Assembly (NCBI GenBank): GCA_963663035.1
Contig: OY760074.1
Location: 352,001 to 416,000, forward strand
From: Acidobacteriota bacterium
Lineage (GTDB): Bacteria > Acidobacteriota > UBA6911 > RPQK01 > JADFOI01
DNA length: 64,000 bases
Direction of reading: 5' to 3'
In this document: positions 9,477-19,841 of the stretch, in pieces
How positions within the stretch are numbered: position 1 is the stretch's first letter
Layout: every line of letters begins with the position of its first letter
Translations under genes and position numbers: made by a program
Notes under the pieces: generated by a model
Database searches by the model: none
Seen by the model: only the letters and a program-made list of their open reading frames with translations
What the model was told of the DNA's origin: nothing

Positions 9477-10742
9477 TGACCTGCCCCCACGAACGAGTCC
9501 ACCCTCTATGCTAGACCCGGGACCATTTGAAGTCCACTCCAAGGGATTGGATCCAGTGCCTGCGACCTAGGTAGTTTGGCCTCTGGCGCCGGCGGCCGAT
9601 AGGCCAAGGCGCTGTGAGGCCGGATCTGATTGTAATCCCTCCGCCAGCGTTCTACCAACACCTTGGCTTCCCCCAGCGTGTCGAAGATCTCCATGTTCAG
9701 CAGCTCATCCCGTAGTTTCCCGTTGAAACTCTCAATGTACCCATTCTCCCAGGGGCTGCCCGGCTCGATGTACAAGGTCCTTACCCCAACAGCCTGCAGC
9801 CAGTCCCGGACCGCCTGTGCCGTAAACTCCGATCCGTTATCGGACCGGATAAACTCAGGCACTCCCCGATCAACGAATAACTCCGCCAGCCGGTCCAACA
9901 CGTCTTGGTGATTCATCTGCCGTTTCACATCAATGGCGAGGCACTCTCTGGTGTACTCATCCAGGATCGTCAATAGCCGAAAGGCTCGCCCATCATGGGT
10001 CCGTTCATGCACGAAATCATAGCTCCAGACGTGGTTCTTGCGAGCCGCTCGTAACCGAACACAGGAACCGTCATTAAGCCACAGCCTCCTTCGTTTCGGC
10101 TGTCTGGACGGGACTTTCAGCCCTTCTTGTCTCCACAGCCTCTCCACCCGCTTAGGATTCACCTTCCACCCTTCCCCATGAAGTATCGCCGTGACCCGCC
10201 GGTAGCCATAACGCCCGTATTGCTTAGCAACTCCACCATCCGGGCCACCAATCGGGCCTCATCATCGGGAATTTGCCTTTCCCTTCGCTGGGTCGATCGA
10301 ACCTGTCCCAGCACTTGGCAGGCCCGACGTTCGGAGACTCGCTCTGCTCCTAATCGCTCTCGTACCCACATCACCGCTCGTCTCCTGTTCGCCGGGCCTA
10401 GAAGTTTCCCGAGGACACTTCCTTCAGGATCTGCTTGTCCAAAGACAGATCCGCCACCAGCTTCTTCAACCGGGTATTCTCCTTCTCCAACACCTTCAAC
10501 CTCTTGGCCTGGTCCAACCGGAGCCCTCCGTACTCTTTGCGCCACCGGTAGTAGGTCTGCTCGCTCACCCCCATCTGCTTCGACACCTGTCCCACCCTCT
10601 GTCCTTGGGCCAGACCCACCTCTGCCTCACGCAGCTTCATGATGATCTGTTCTGCCCTAAACCGCTTCCCTGCCATCCTTGCCTCCTTCCTAAACCGGAA
10701 ATCCTAACATTCAAACTGGACTCGTTTTAGGGGGCAAGGTCA
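9477..10742 (-). mobile_element. IS3-family element, copy 1 (orfB frameshifted)
   Basis: Terminal IRs TGACCT(T)GCCCC...; 4-bp TSD CCTC (9473-9476 / 10743-10746). orfA 10398-10676. orfB is broken near 10225 and the element is 1 bp shorter than copies 2 and 3. Confidence 0.95.
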
Positions 10743-11127
10743 CCTCTCATCAAGATTCTTAACATGGTCAGCCCAATGCTTTTCGAACAACTCGCGGTAC
10801 AGCCCTGTCGGTCACCTACTAGAGGCAATTTCCGTTCCAGAGTTTCCAGGCTGACCCGTGAAATCTGCTAAACCGCCTGCAGTTCAGGGATTTGTAGACC
10901 GATAGCGGGAAGTCGATTTCGAGCAAGGCCCTTGATTTCTCCCACAATTGTCAACGGAAGTTTACAGAAATATTCTGTGGGTGCAGACCGCCGAGGCGGG
11001 TACCACAACTTTTAAAGGAGCCCGAGGGCGTGCTAGACTCCGGCTCTAACCCCGCAAGGCTTGCAGTAGAAATATGCTCTGTAGCTTGTATCGGAATTGC
11101 CGCAAGTCCTTGAAAAAGAGAGTGGGT

Positions 11128-11204
11128 CGGGACGTGGCGCAGCCTGGTAGCGCACCTGAATGGGGTTCAGGGGGTCGGAGGTTCGAATCCTCTCGTCCCG
11201 ACCA
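11128..11204 (+). tRNA. tRNA-Pro (GGG)
   Basis: 77-nt cloverleaf, anticodon arm CCTGA-ATGGGGT-TCAGG, T-loop GGTTCGAATCC, encoded CCA. Confidence 0.97.
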
Positions 11205-11213
11205 ATCTCGAGG

Positions 11214-12510
11214 GGTGCATTCCGGACACATAGGTTACAGTTTATTCCGAAGACATAGGTAACACCTTTGCACCAAAAGGGTTATTTATAGGTTCAAACC
11301 TTCTACTGTCTTCGTCAAAGTAACCGAGGTCGTATTCCATAAACGACACCAGCCAAATTTTCTCTTTGACCTCTTTGATTCCAACATCTTGACCAGCAAA
11401 CACCGTGCTGAAGTTGATCTTTTGACTTTTCATACAGATTCTGCCGCAGCTGGTGACGGTCACGGTGCGATCGTGCATGGGGTACTCGACGCGCCCGATT
11501 CCTCGGTAGGGACAAGATGCGGGAGTATAGACCTCGGACGGAAACTTCATGCCCAGGGCCTCATGAGGTCTCTCAGTATTGTATTCCGCCTGAAAGGCAT
11601 TAAACCTCTCTTGCTGCTGAAGAAGGTTGTGGGCAGCGGGAACGACTGTGGCCTTCTTGAGGGTGAGATGAAGGCGCTCATGCCTTCCGTTCTGCTCGGG
11701 ATGGCCGGGCTTGATCCTCTCGATTCGGATTCCTAGCCTAAGCCACCAGACGGCCAGTCGACTGAGTCCAAACAATCCGTTGGGTGATGCAAAAGGGACT
11801 CCGTTGTCCGTGCGGATCGCTTCCGGCAAACCTAACTCTTGAAAGGTTCTCTCGAATACGGGGAAAGCACCTCTTTCCTTAACACTGTCGAGAGCCTCGA
11901 TGGCGAGCAGATAACGGCTGGCGTGATCGCTCACGGTGAGAGGATAACAGTACCGTTTGTCTCCCAGCATGAACTCTCCTTTGAAGTCGGCAGACCAAAG
12001 GTCATTGGGATTCTGGCTGCTGGACAATCGAGTCCCCTCTGCCTTGAACCGTCGCCGTTTTCTACAGTTCACCAGGCCGTTGCGATCCAGAACCGCGTGA
12101 ACTGTGCTCACCGCAGGCGGCCGTACATTCGGAAACCTACGAATCAGGAGCGCCCGAATCTTGGGAGCTCCCCAATACGGCTTCTCTCGCTTTAGCCTGA
12201 CCAGGGTCCGTTCCACCTGTTCGGGCAGTTGGTTTCCGTAACGATGCGGCTTGCGGCTCCGATCCACCAGGGCGTAAGCGCCGGTGTTTTGATAGCGGTT
12301 CCAAATCTTGTAGCCCGTCTTTCTGGATATCCCAAACTCCTCACACAGACGGCTCATGGACTCCCCATCCAACAGCTTCGCTATAAATCTCATTCTCTCG
12401 TCCATCACACAGATCTCCTTCCATGGCATCTCTGGGCACCTCCCAGAAGAAGCCTATAAGTGTTACCCATGTGTCCGGTATAATTTGTTACCCATCTTTC
12501 GGAATGGGCA
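11214..12510 (-). mobile_element. IS481-family element, copy 1 (intact)
   Basis: 395-aa HTH+DDE transposase. Ends carry repeated TGTTACC(C/T)ATGT-like motifs. 3-bp TSD AGG (11211-11213 / 12511-12513). Boundaries confirmed by comparison with copy 2. Confidence 0.93.
11242..12429 (-). CDS. IS481-family transposase (integrase core domain)
   Basis: MPWKE...GISRKTGYK, WSADFKG, IRTDNG, PEQNGRHER. Confidence 0.93.
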   Translation of the reverse strand: MPWKEICVMDERMRFIAKLLDGESMSRLCEEFGISRKTGYKIWNRYQNTGAYALVDRSRKPHRYGNQLPEQVERTLVRLKREKPYWGAPKIRALLIRRFPNVRPPAVSTVHAVLDRNGLVNCRKRRRFKAEGTRLSSSQNPNDLWSADFKGEFMLGDKRYCYPLTVSDHASRYLLAIEALDSVKERGAFPVFERTFQELGLPEAIRTDNGVPFASPNGLFGLSRLAVWWLRLGIRIERIKPGHPEQNGRHERLHLTLKKATVVPAAHNLLQQQERFNAFQAEYNTERPHEALGMKFPSEVYTPASCPYRGIGRVEYPMHDRTVTVTSCGRICMKSQKINFSTVFAGQDVGIKEVKEKIWLVSFMEYDLGYFDEDSRRFEPINNPFGAKVLPMSSE

Positions 12511-12551
12511 AGGCTTTCCCCCAATGGCAAAAAATGTTTAGCTCATATTCA

Positions 12552-14810
12552 ATGAAGGCAGGAGTCGAGCACGATAGAGTATCGGCTTTCGGAATCAGGC
12601 GGGTTGTCTTTTTTGTCTCGTGTCTCTGTCTGATGCATCTCCTGCACTTTAGTACTGCTTCCGCGCAGAATGTTCCGGTCGGCGATGGTGAAAAAACTGT
12701 GCGTGTGGTACGGGTTGAATCCCCGCCCATCATTGACGGCATATTGGATGACGCAGTTTGGGGACAAGCCGAAATGATCACCGACTTTCATCAGATCCGA
12801 CCCGGAAATGGTACAGAGCCTTCCGAGCCGACAGAGCTGTATCTGATCTATGACGATGACGCGATCTATATCGGTGCCCGCATGTACGACAGCGAACCGG
12901 AGCGGATCGCGGCGCCCACCGTTAGACACGGTCAGGGCCTGGGGAGAGACGATCGTATAGTGGTCATCCTTGACCCGTTCAATACACGACGGGGTGCCTA
13001 CCGCTTTGAGACGAATTCCAATGGCGTGCGGCACGATGCCCTCTACAAGAGCGTGAGCTCCTTTGATAGTGCATGGACAGTCATCTGGGATGTAGCGGCG
13101 ACCGTTTACGAGGACGGCTGGATGGCTGAGCTGGCGATACCTTTTAAGACCTTGCCTTTTGATCCATCGATCGATACATGGGGTTTTAACTTCGGGCGAG
13201 GGATCCGCCGCCGCGGCGAAGAGGTTGCCTGGGTGTCTCGCAATCGCAGCTATGATGCCAGCATCTTGGGGTCCGCAACCGGACTGGAAGGGCTGGACCA
13301 GGGCAGGGGCCTGGACGTCGTACCGTCGGTCTCCCTCAACCGACAGAACACCTATTCCCCATCGACAACAGATTCTAATTTTGATCCGTCATTGGATGTT
13401 TACTATCGGATCACGCCGTCACTCAATGCGTCATTGACGGTCAACACCGACTTCTCAGCGGCCGAGGTGGATGACCGGCAGGTCAATCTCACCCGCTTCA
13501 ACCTTTTTTTCCCCGAGAAGCGCGACTTCTTCCTGAACGACGCTGATCTGTTCGAGTTTGGAAGAATTGGCGGTACTGGGAATAGTGCGAGCTCAAGGTC
13601 AAGCAACAACAACGGGCGGCCGTTCTTTTCCCGACGACTGGGGCTGAGCGGGTCGGGAACACCGGTTGACCTGAAGTTTGGCGGCAAGCTCAGTGGTAGA
13701 GTGGGACCCTGGAACGTGGGTATGTTGGCGATGCGCCAGGATGCCTTTGAGTCCGTAGATGAAAGCACCGTGTTGGTGGGACGGGCCTCGGCCAACGTGC
13801 TGGATGAATCCAACCTAGGCATGATGGTCACGGCTGGTGACCCGAACTCCAATCTCGATAATGTTCTCGCCGGCGTCGATTTCCGCTACTTGAATACTCG
13901 CTTTCCCGGTGGTCGAGTTCTGGAGGCTGATGGGTGGTATCAGCAATCGGACACAGAAGGTCTGGAGGGTCAGGACTCCGCATTTGGCCTGGGAATGAGC
14001 ATACCGAGCAACACCGGGTGGCGCGGTGGTCTCTACCATAAGCAAGTGGAGACAAACTTCAATCCTGCGCTCGGATTCGTCAGCCGTTCGAACGTTCGGG
14101 ACACGACTGCCGACATGGGTTATACCTATTTCACGGGAGGTGGTTTCGTACAGGAGATTTTCTCTGGCTTTGACGTACAGCGCATCGGGTTCCTGGATGG
14201 CGGACTGCAGTCACAGGTTGTTCTTGGGCGGCTGGTCGAGATCCAGACCAACTCCAGGGACCAGTTCAGTGTTCACTACACTGCCACTAAAGAGGCAGTG
14301 ACGGAGCCGTTCACTATCTATGAGGATAATTCACAACAGGTCATTGTCCCACCTGGCAGCTACTCATTTGGTGAGACTGCGGTAAGTCTTGCAACGGGAA
14401 GGCAGCGAGATGTTTCTGGTGGGATGACATTTCGAACCGGGGATTTTTTCGATGGTACGCGACAGGATATCGCTGCAAATCTTTCCTGGAGGCAATCCAG
14501 GTACTTTAACTTGTCGGTCTCCTACAACCGAAACGACATCAAACTCCCCCAGGGGGATTTCGTCACCCATTTGTCGAGGCTCAACACCGGGGTCAACTTT
14601 TCCTCGACCGTGTATTGGGTGAACCTTGTTCAATACGATAATGTCTCCGAAGTGATAGGGGTTAATTCCCGTCTCGTATGGATACCGACCGCGGGTCAGG
14701 AAGGTCTCGTTGTCCTGAACCACAGGCGTCAGGACAGGGACAGGGACGGCTCATTCAGTTCCGAGTTGACGGATATTAACGTCAAGCTGAGTTACACCTT
14801 CCGCTTCTAG
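12552..14810 (+). CDS. DUF5916 / CBM9-like-domain outer-membrane protein
   Basis: Signal peptide, IDGILDDAVW, NTDFSAAEVD, FFPEKRDFF, C-terminal YTFRF beta-barrel signature. The ORF-track start lies inside the IS. Confidence 0.85.
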   Translation: MKAGVEHDRVSAFGIRRVVFFVSCLCLMHLLHFSTASAQNVPVGDGEKTVRVVRVESPPIIDGILDDAVWGQAEMITDFHQIRPGNGTEPSEPTELYLIYDDDAIYIGARMYDSEPERIAAPTVRHGQGLGRDDRIVVILDPFNTRRGAYRFETNSNGVRHDALYKSVSSFDSAWTVIWDVAATVYEDGWMAELAIPFKTLPFDPSIDTWGFNFGRGIRRRGEEVAWVSRNRSYDASILGSATGLEGLDQGRGLDVVPSVSLNRQNTYSPSTTDSNFDPSLDVYYRITPSLNASLTVNTDFSAAEVDDRQVNLTRFNLFFPEKRDFFLNDADLFEFGRIGGTGNSASSRSSNNNGRPFFSRRLGLSGSGTPVDLKFGGKLSGRVGPWNVGMLAMRQDAFESVDESTVLVGRASANVLDESNLGMMVTAGDPNSNLDNVLAGVDFRYLNTRFPGGRVLEADGWYQQSDTEGLEGQDSAFGLGMSIPSNTGWRGGLYHKQVETNFNPALGFVSRSNVRDTTADMGYTYFTGGGFVQEIFSGFDVQRIGFLDGGLQSQVVLGRLVEIQTNSRDQFSVHYTATKEAVTEPFTIYEDNSQQVIVPPGSYSFGETAVSLATGRQRDVSGGMTFRTGDFFDGTRQDIAANLSWRQSRYFNLSVSYNRNDIKLPQGDFVTHLSRLNTGVNFSSTVYWVNLVQYDNVSEVIGVNSRLVWIPTAGQEGLVVLNHRRQDRDRDGSFSSELTDINVKLSYTFRF

Positions 14811-15007
14811 TCTTCGGATTGCTCTGCCAAAACTGAAACCATTCTCCTTCGCACGGATCTTACCTCAAGCAAAGAAACTAAGGATTGGTCAAGGCGGAAT
14901 TATGGTGACAACCCACACCTTCCCTAACTGTTTTCCCATTGCCTTCAACCCCCAAAAGGCTCTAAGATCAAGGTGTCATGTACAAAAAAGAGGATAGGAA
15001 AGCCAGT

Positions 15008-15832
15008 ATGCCCATCAAATCACTGATCATCAGCTTAGCGCTATTGCTCATTCCCATTCCTGCCTTCGCACAGGATATGACTTCGCAGTTGATAGAAGCG
15101 GCGAAGAACGGCGAGACGCAGCAGGTGGTGGCCTTGCTTGATGCAGGTGCGGATGTCAATGCAGAGGCCGCCAATGAGGCAACAGCCTTGATGTGGGCAG
15201 TCACGACAGGCAAAACCGACACTGCACGCGTCCTGCTTGAGGCGGGCGCAGATAGTACATCTGTGCTACTGCTACTGGCCGAGCACGGTTACCTGGAAAT
15301 GATGAAAACCCTGCTGGATGCTGGTGCGGATGTGGATGGGACGGACGAGACTGGTGTCACAGCGCTGATGATGGCGGCAGTCGAAGGTCGCACTGAAGCC
15401 GTGCAGGACTTGCTGGAGGCGGGGGCAGACATAGCTATAGAGAACCAAGAGGGGTTGACCGCATTTATGATGGCAGTGGCAATGGACCAGGCTCAGATTG
15501 TAACGACCTTGATAGAGTCGGGGGCGGACGTGGATGGGAGAGATCAGGATGGTGTGACCATGCTGATGGGTGCGGCGTTGTTTGGAAACAATGAGACTGC
15601 GAAGATCTTGATAGAGGCGGGGGCGGACGTGCATGCCAAGGCCAACGACGGAATGACCGCGCTCATTGCTGTGTCAATCGTGGGTAATACCGAGATTGCA
15701 AAAGACCTGCTGGAGGCGGGGGCGGACCTGGTTGCCAAGGCCAACGACGGAATGACAGCCCTGATGGTCGCCGAAGAAGAGGGCCAGGACGAAATTGTCG
15801 ATCTGCTGAAGAAGGCCGAGGCCATGGAATGA
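15008..15832 (+). CDS. Secreted ankyrin-repeat protein
   Basis: Signal peptide and about 7 G.TALM.A...LLEAGADV repeats. Confidence 0.93.
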   Translation: MPIKSLIISLALLLIPIPAFAQDMTSQLIEAAKNGETQQVVALLDAGADVNAEAANEATALMWAVTTGKTDTARVLLEAGADSTSVLLLLAEHGYLEMMKTLLDAGADVDGTDETGVTALMMAAVEGRTEAVQDLLEAGADIAIENQEGLTAFMMAVAMDQAQIVTTLIESGADVDGRDQDGVTMLMGAALFGNNETAKILIEAGADVHAKANDGMTALIAVSIVGNTEIAKDLLEAGADLVAKANDGMTALMVAEEEGQDEIVDLLKKAEAME

Positions 15833-15920
15833 TCCTCTCCCGGCAGCTCAGTCCAGCCTGAAAAAGAGACTGTTCTTACCCACTTTTCGAGCCGAAATCC
15901 ACAAGCCTCAAAATAGCGAC

Positions 15921-16709
15921 ATGATGCTAACAGAGTTAACTTTATATCAGGTGGATGCCTTTGCATCGGAAGTCTTTTCCGGCAACCCAGCAGCCGTTTG
16001 TCCGTTACAAGCTTGGCTTTCTGACAAGGTACTTCAGTCCATTGCTGAGGAGAACAATGTCTCCGAGACGGCCTTTATTGTTCCCCAGGACGATGGCTTT
16101 CACATCCGATGGTTTACCCCGCAAGCGGAGGTGAATCTGTGCGGACATGCCACCCTGGCATCGGCCTTTATTCTTTTTGAAAAGCTGAATTGGGGACAGG
16201 AAGTGGTCACCTTCGAGTCCAGGAGTGGACGCTTGTCGGTGCGCCGAAGCGACGACGGTCTCATCTTGGACTTTCCATCCCTGCCCGGAACCCTCTGTGA
16301 ACCCCCCAGGGCCCTGGTCGATGGCTTGGGATGCGAGCCTCTTGAGGTTCTTGTATCTGAGAACTACATGGCCGTGTTTGAGCGCGAAGAGGATATCGTT
16401 GCGATCAGTCCCAATCTGGATGCCCTCACACAACTGGATCTGAGTGGAGTGATTGCAACTGCTCAGGGAAAGGAGGTTGACTTTGTGAGTCGGTACTTTG
16501 CTCCCAAAGTTGGAATTAACGAAGATCCGGTTACCGGATCAGCACATTGTATGCTGACCCCTTATTGGGCGGAGAAACTGGATAAAACTCAGCTCAAGGC
16601 CAGGCAGCTCTCCCAGAGGACTGGTGAATTGGGCTGTCAATTGAAGGGTGAACGCGTACTGATTTCTGGCAAGGCTGTACTCTACCTGGAAGGCAAGATC
16701 TGGATATGA
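15921..16709 (+). CDS. PhzF-family isomerase/epimerase
   Basis: QVDAF...GNPAAV, SETAF, LCGHATLA, EDPVTGSAHC. Confidence 0.93.
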   Translation: MMLTELTLYQVDAFASEVFSGNPAAVCPLQAWLSDKVLQSIAEENNVSETAFIVPQDDGFHIRWFTPQAEVNLCGHATLASAFILFEKLNWGQEVVTFESRSGRLSVRRSDDGLILDFPSLPGTLCEPPRALVDGLGCEPLEVLVSENYMAVFEREEDIVAISPNLDALTQLDLSGVIATAQGKEVDFVSRYFAPKVGINEDPVTGSAHCMLTPYWAEKLDKTQLKARQLSQRTGELGCQLKGERVLISGKAVLYLEGKIWI

Positions 16710-16737
16710 GGAAGCCGGCAGAAACTCCATCGACTTT

Positions 16738-17523
16738 TCACGAGGTCAGATCGTACATCAATCGGAAGTAGCCTATCCGCTCTGGATCTGCATCGATCCC
16801 ATACCTTTCCAGGAACAGGTCCTCCCATCCCGGACCAAGGTTCCAGGTCAAGCTCCAGGTGGCAACGGCCAGGTCCCACCATCGGTCGGCCAGACCGACT
16901 TCGCCGAGATCAACATATCCACTCACTCGGCCTGCCTGGATCAAGACGTTGGGCAGGCAATAATCCCCATGGCATAACACAACGTCCTCGCTCACGGGCA
17001 TTCTGACCTCGAGTTCCTGCAAGGCTTCCTGAGGGGTGAAGTGTTGATGCTCGGGGTGAAAGTCACTGGTGGGATCGACCAGTCCCGTATCAACTCGGAC
17101 ACGAATTTGGGCCAGGGCCTGATCCAAACGAAAGTCGAAAGGGCAATCCCGGATAGGCGCTTCATGGAACGTGCGCAACCCTTGAGCGAGGGTTGGCACC
17201 AGGGACGCCGGCTCCTCCATCAACTCTTCCTGTACGGCAACGACACCTGGTAGTGCTTCCGTGAGAAGCCATTCGACTCCTTCCTCTTGCCCGTAGGCGA
17301 GTGCCTTCGGGACGGGGAGCCAATGCTCGGCCCAACGCATTCGCTCACGCTCTTTGCCCAGGCTCGGCTCCCAGCCCAAGCGCGCAACCTTTAAATAGCG
17401 TGTCTGCCCACCCCAGCGCAGCCGCCAGGTTGCGGTTTCGGGGCCATAGGAATATTCGAGAGTGATCGTCCAGTTTTTGAACTGGGCAGCGACCGGGGGC
17501 GGAATGGGGAGCGGTTCGTGCAT
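16738..17523 (-). CDS. Aminoglycoside 3'-phosphotransferase-like kinase
   Basis: YLKV, CPFD, HGDYCLPNVL, VDLGEVGLADRWWDLA: the APH(3') motif set. Confidence 0.85.
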   Translation of the reverse strand: MHEPLPIPPPVAAQFKNWTITLEYSYGPETATWRLRWGGQTRYLKVARLGWEPSLGKERERMRWAEHWLPVPKALAYGQEEGVEWLLTEALPGVVAVQEELMEEPASLVPTLAQGLRTFHEAPIRDCPFDFRLDQALAQIRVRVDTGLVDPTSDFHPEHQHFTPQEALQELEVRMPVSEDVVLCHGDYCLPNVLIQAGRVSGYVDLGEVGLADRWWDLAVATWSLTWNLGPGWEDLFLERYGIDADPERIGYFRLMYDLTS

Positions 17524-17571
17524 CAGAGACCCTGACTTGATGCTTGTCTGTTTCAGTCTCCTTCAGTCCCG

Positions 17572-18231
17572 TCAGTGGGGTTTTGACCGATCCGAAATCA
17601 AGATCGCCGTTACGGCTACCGTCGCCCCGAATAGATTCGCCACAAGATCCCATCCGGTGTTGAGGTAGCCACCGACGTTGGTCTCAGGCACCAGCAGGGT
17701 GGACGCAAATTCAATCACTTCATTTAAGGCACCAAATCCCAATCCGGCGGCCGCCGACAGGACCATCAATCCCGCTGTGGGTCGCACCCGCTGGGACCAT
17801 CCCCCCAAGGCGGCACGCATCCCCTGCCAGCATACCCAGGTGGTAACACCAAACCCGAAGGCGTGTACCACATGATCGTATTTGAGCCGGTCGGGAATGA
17901 GCCAGAGCGAGTACAAAACATGGTTGGTGCCCAGGACCGGCCAACCCTCCGGCACGATCACAAGTCCTCCTAACATATGGGCGAGTCCCCAGATGCTCAG
18001 GCACCACAAGGCGCCTGAAGTGAGGGCGACACGGCCATGAACGACCCATACCACCCCTATCAGCAACGCTACCACCCCAATATAGAAAAGAAACTCATAG
18101 TTGCTGAGTTGTACCGCCGAGATCAGTGCGCCAGCCAGATACACAGAGGTGAACAGCGCCACCGGCCATACCCGGTCGGCTCCCTCTCTCCCTGGGGACG
18201 ATGCCGACTGTGAGGATTCCATAGGTCCCAT
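17572..18231 (-). CDS. Integral membrane protein (DUF2238-like)
   Basis: Multiple TMs, HMLGG, YDHVVH, ALNEVIEF, NTGWDL. Confidence 0.75.
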   Translation of the reverse strand: MGPMESSQSASSPGREGADRVWPVALFTSVYLAGALISAVQLSNYEFLFYIGVVALLIGVVWVVHGRVALTSGALWCLSIWGLAHMLGGLVIVPEGWPVLGTNHVLYSLWLIPDRLKYDHVVHAFGFGVTTWVCWQGMRAALGGWSQRVRPTAGLMVLSAAAGLGFGALNEVIEFASTLLVPETNVGGYLNTGWDLVANLFGATVAVTAILISDRSKPH

Positions 18232-18438
18232 GGTTTGCCTTGCCTGTTTAGCTGAAGGATCACCCTGGAGATTCGAGTACGGTAATCGTTAGAAAAGGGA
18301 GGACAAGGAATTTTGCAGCAGTACTAATGACAACCAACCTGGATGAAGTTGCAAGCCAGATTACAACAAGTCCACAGACCAGCAGCACAATACTAAGGGA
18401 TAGGTCGGCTTTGTCAAGCTAAGGCAGCGTCAGGCACA

Positions 18439-19026
18439 ATGGATGGATGGGATCACTTTATAGAGGGGGACACCGCCATCGCTGATCAACCCCGAATCTC
18501 TCCGGACATGACCGATCCCCGCCAGATCATGGCGGCGCTCACCGCGGTGCGCAACCGTCCTCCTCCCAAGGATCCCAGCTCGATGGGGTGCATCGGAGCG
18601 ATCCTGGCAATTCTCGCCATCGCCCTGCTACCGCTGGTGGCAGGCTGGACCGCGTTGTCGTCGACCGCGCTGTGGGGTATCGGGATCGCGCTGGGTATCA
18701 TGGTGCTCGGTGGCGGCTTGCTTGGGTTCTTCGGCAGCGGGTTCGTCCGCGGCGCGGTAGCGGGCGACGCAGAAGAGGCCATCGAGCAGCTGGTGGCCGC
18801 ATATCCGGATGGGGACCCGGCGATCCTGCGACAGGCTGCCGTACGCATACTCGATCAATCCACGGTGAGCACCGGGCCGGCGACGGTCGAGACCTTCGAC
18901 AGCGGGGAGGTGGCGGTGCGACTGGGCGATGCCCTCGCCTACCTGCTCAAAGTCGAGCGCATCCTGCTCCAGCGGAAGGAGATCTACCCGTGCTTCACCT
19001 CGCTCGGTCCCCACAGACACGAGTGA
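18439..19026 (+). CDS. Hypothetical membrane protein
   Basis: 195-aa high-GC ORF with two TM helices. Start may be 18508. Overlaps the 3' end of the convergent phosphatase gene. Confidence 0.65.
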   Translation: MDGWDHFIEGDTAIADQPRISPDMTDPRQIMAALTAVRNRPPPKDPSSMGCIGAILAILAIALLPLVAGWTALSSTALWGIGIALGIMVLGGGLLGFFGSGFVRGAVAGDAEEAIEQLVAAYPDGDPAILRQAAVRILDQSTVSTGPATVETFDSGEVAVRLGDALAYLLKVERILLQRKEIYPCFTSLGPHRHE

Positions 19027-19669
19027 CCAACGCTTTCTGTTCCTTCCTCAGGCCGATTCCAGGCCGGACGGCTTGCAGCTTTGTGATCGCCTCATCCACA
19101 TCCTGGGCCAGCCCTTCGAGCACAAGTATCGCCGCTGCCAACGTACCTGAACGGCCATGTCCCTCGGCACAGTGAATGTACATGGGTTGAGAAATGGGTA
19201 GGATCTCCTCCAGCAAGTTTCTGAAGTCGCTGTCGGAGGGGACCAAAGCATCCAACGTCGGCAGACACAGGTAGCGGCGTCCCGACCTCACTGCTGCTGG
19301 CTCAGGAAACTCGGCAGTCAAATCGACAATGACCTCTATCTGGGGTGGTAATTCGTGGGCAAAAGGACGTCGGCCGACATAGAGTCCAGGCCTAATCTCG
19401 TGACAACTGGGTTCGCTTCGAACCAGCCGCAAGAGGTGCCAAACTGCCCATACAAAGAGGAAGTAGGGAAGTAGACCCACGAGTGAGTACCAGGCGATCG
19501 TCCCGTCGCGACGTTTGCCAAACACCTTCACTCCCGACCCCAGGTAAGCCAAAGCCACAATCGAAAAGCTCAACGCAGGCCACAGCAATAACCAACCCCA
19601 GCCTCCTATGAGGCCCCCGTAATAAATCAGGATGCCAGCCACCAACAGAAATACTATTCCATATTTCAT
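18995..19669 (-). CDS. Membrane-anchored dual-specificity protein phosphatase
   Basis: Three N-terminal TMs, VDLTAEF, CX5R motif HCAEGHGRS. Confidence 0.9.
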   Translation of the reverse strand: MKYGIVFLLVAGILIYYGGLIGGWGWLLLWPALSFSIVALAYLGSGVKVFGKRRDGTIAWYSLVGLLPYFLFVWAVWHLLRLVRSEPSCHEIRPGLYVGRRPFAHELPPQIEVIVDLTAEFPEPAAVRSGRRYLCLPTLDALVPSDSDFRNLLEEILPISQPMYIHCAEGHGRSGTLAAAILVLEGLAQDVDEAITKLQAVRPGIGLRKEQKALVTRVCGDRAR

Positions 19670-19841
19670 AAGCCCCTACCTGAGGGAGGACAAGTACATG
19701 CCATACAAAAAGGGTACCAGAGTCCTGCCTGTTCGAGCTTCCGGGAGCCGCTGTGCGAAAACCCGGAACCCCCTCCTCCGCCGCCCTGACAAGTGACCTC
19801 TGATATTTGACACCCGACAGTTTTGTTTTACACACTAGATT

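Noticed and set aside
10743-11100. Riboswitch or ncRNA in the former upstream region of the HD gene
   Set aside because: I could not match any riboswitch consensus (c-di-GMP, fluoride, purine) by eye. An Rfam scan would be needed.
12423-12551. Extended starts of ORFs reading out of IS ends (also 9462-9542, 36715-36740, 46736-46897)
   Set aside because: These extensions are translated IS terminal sequence, not native N-termini.
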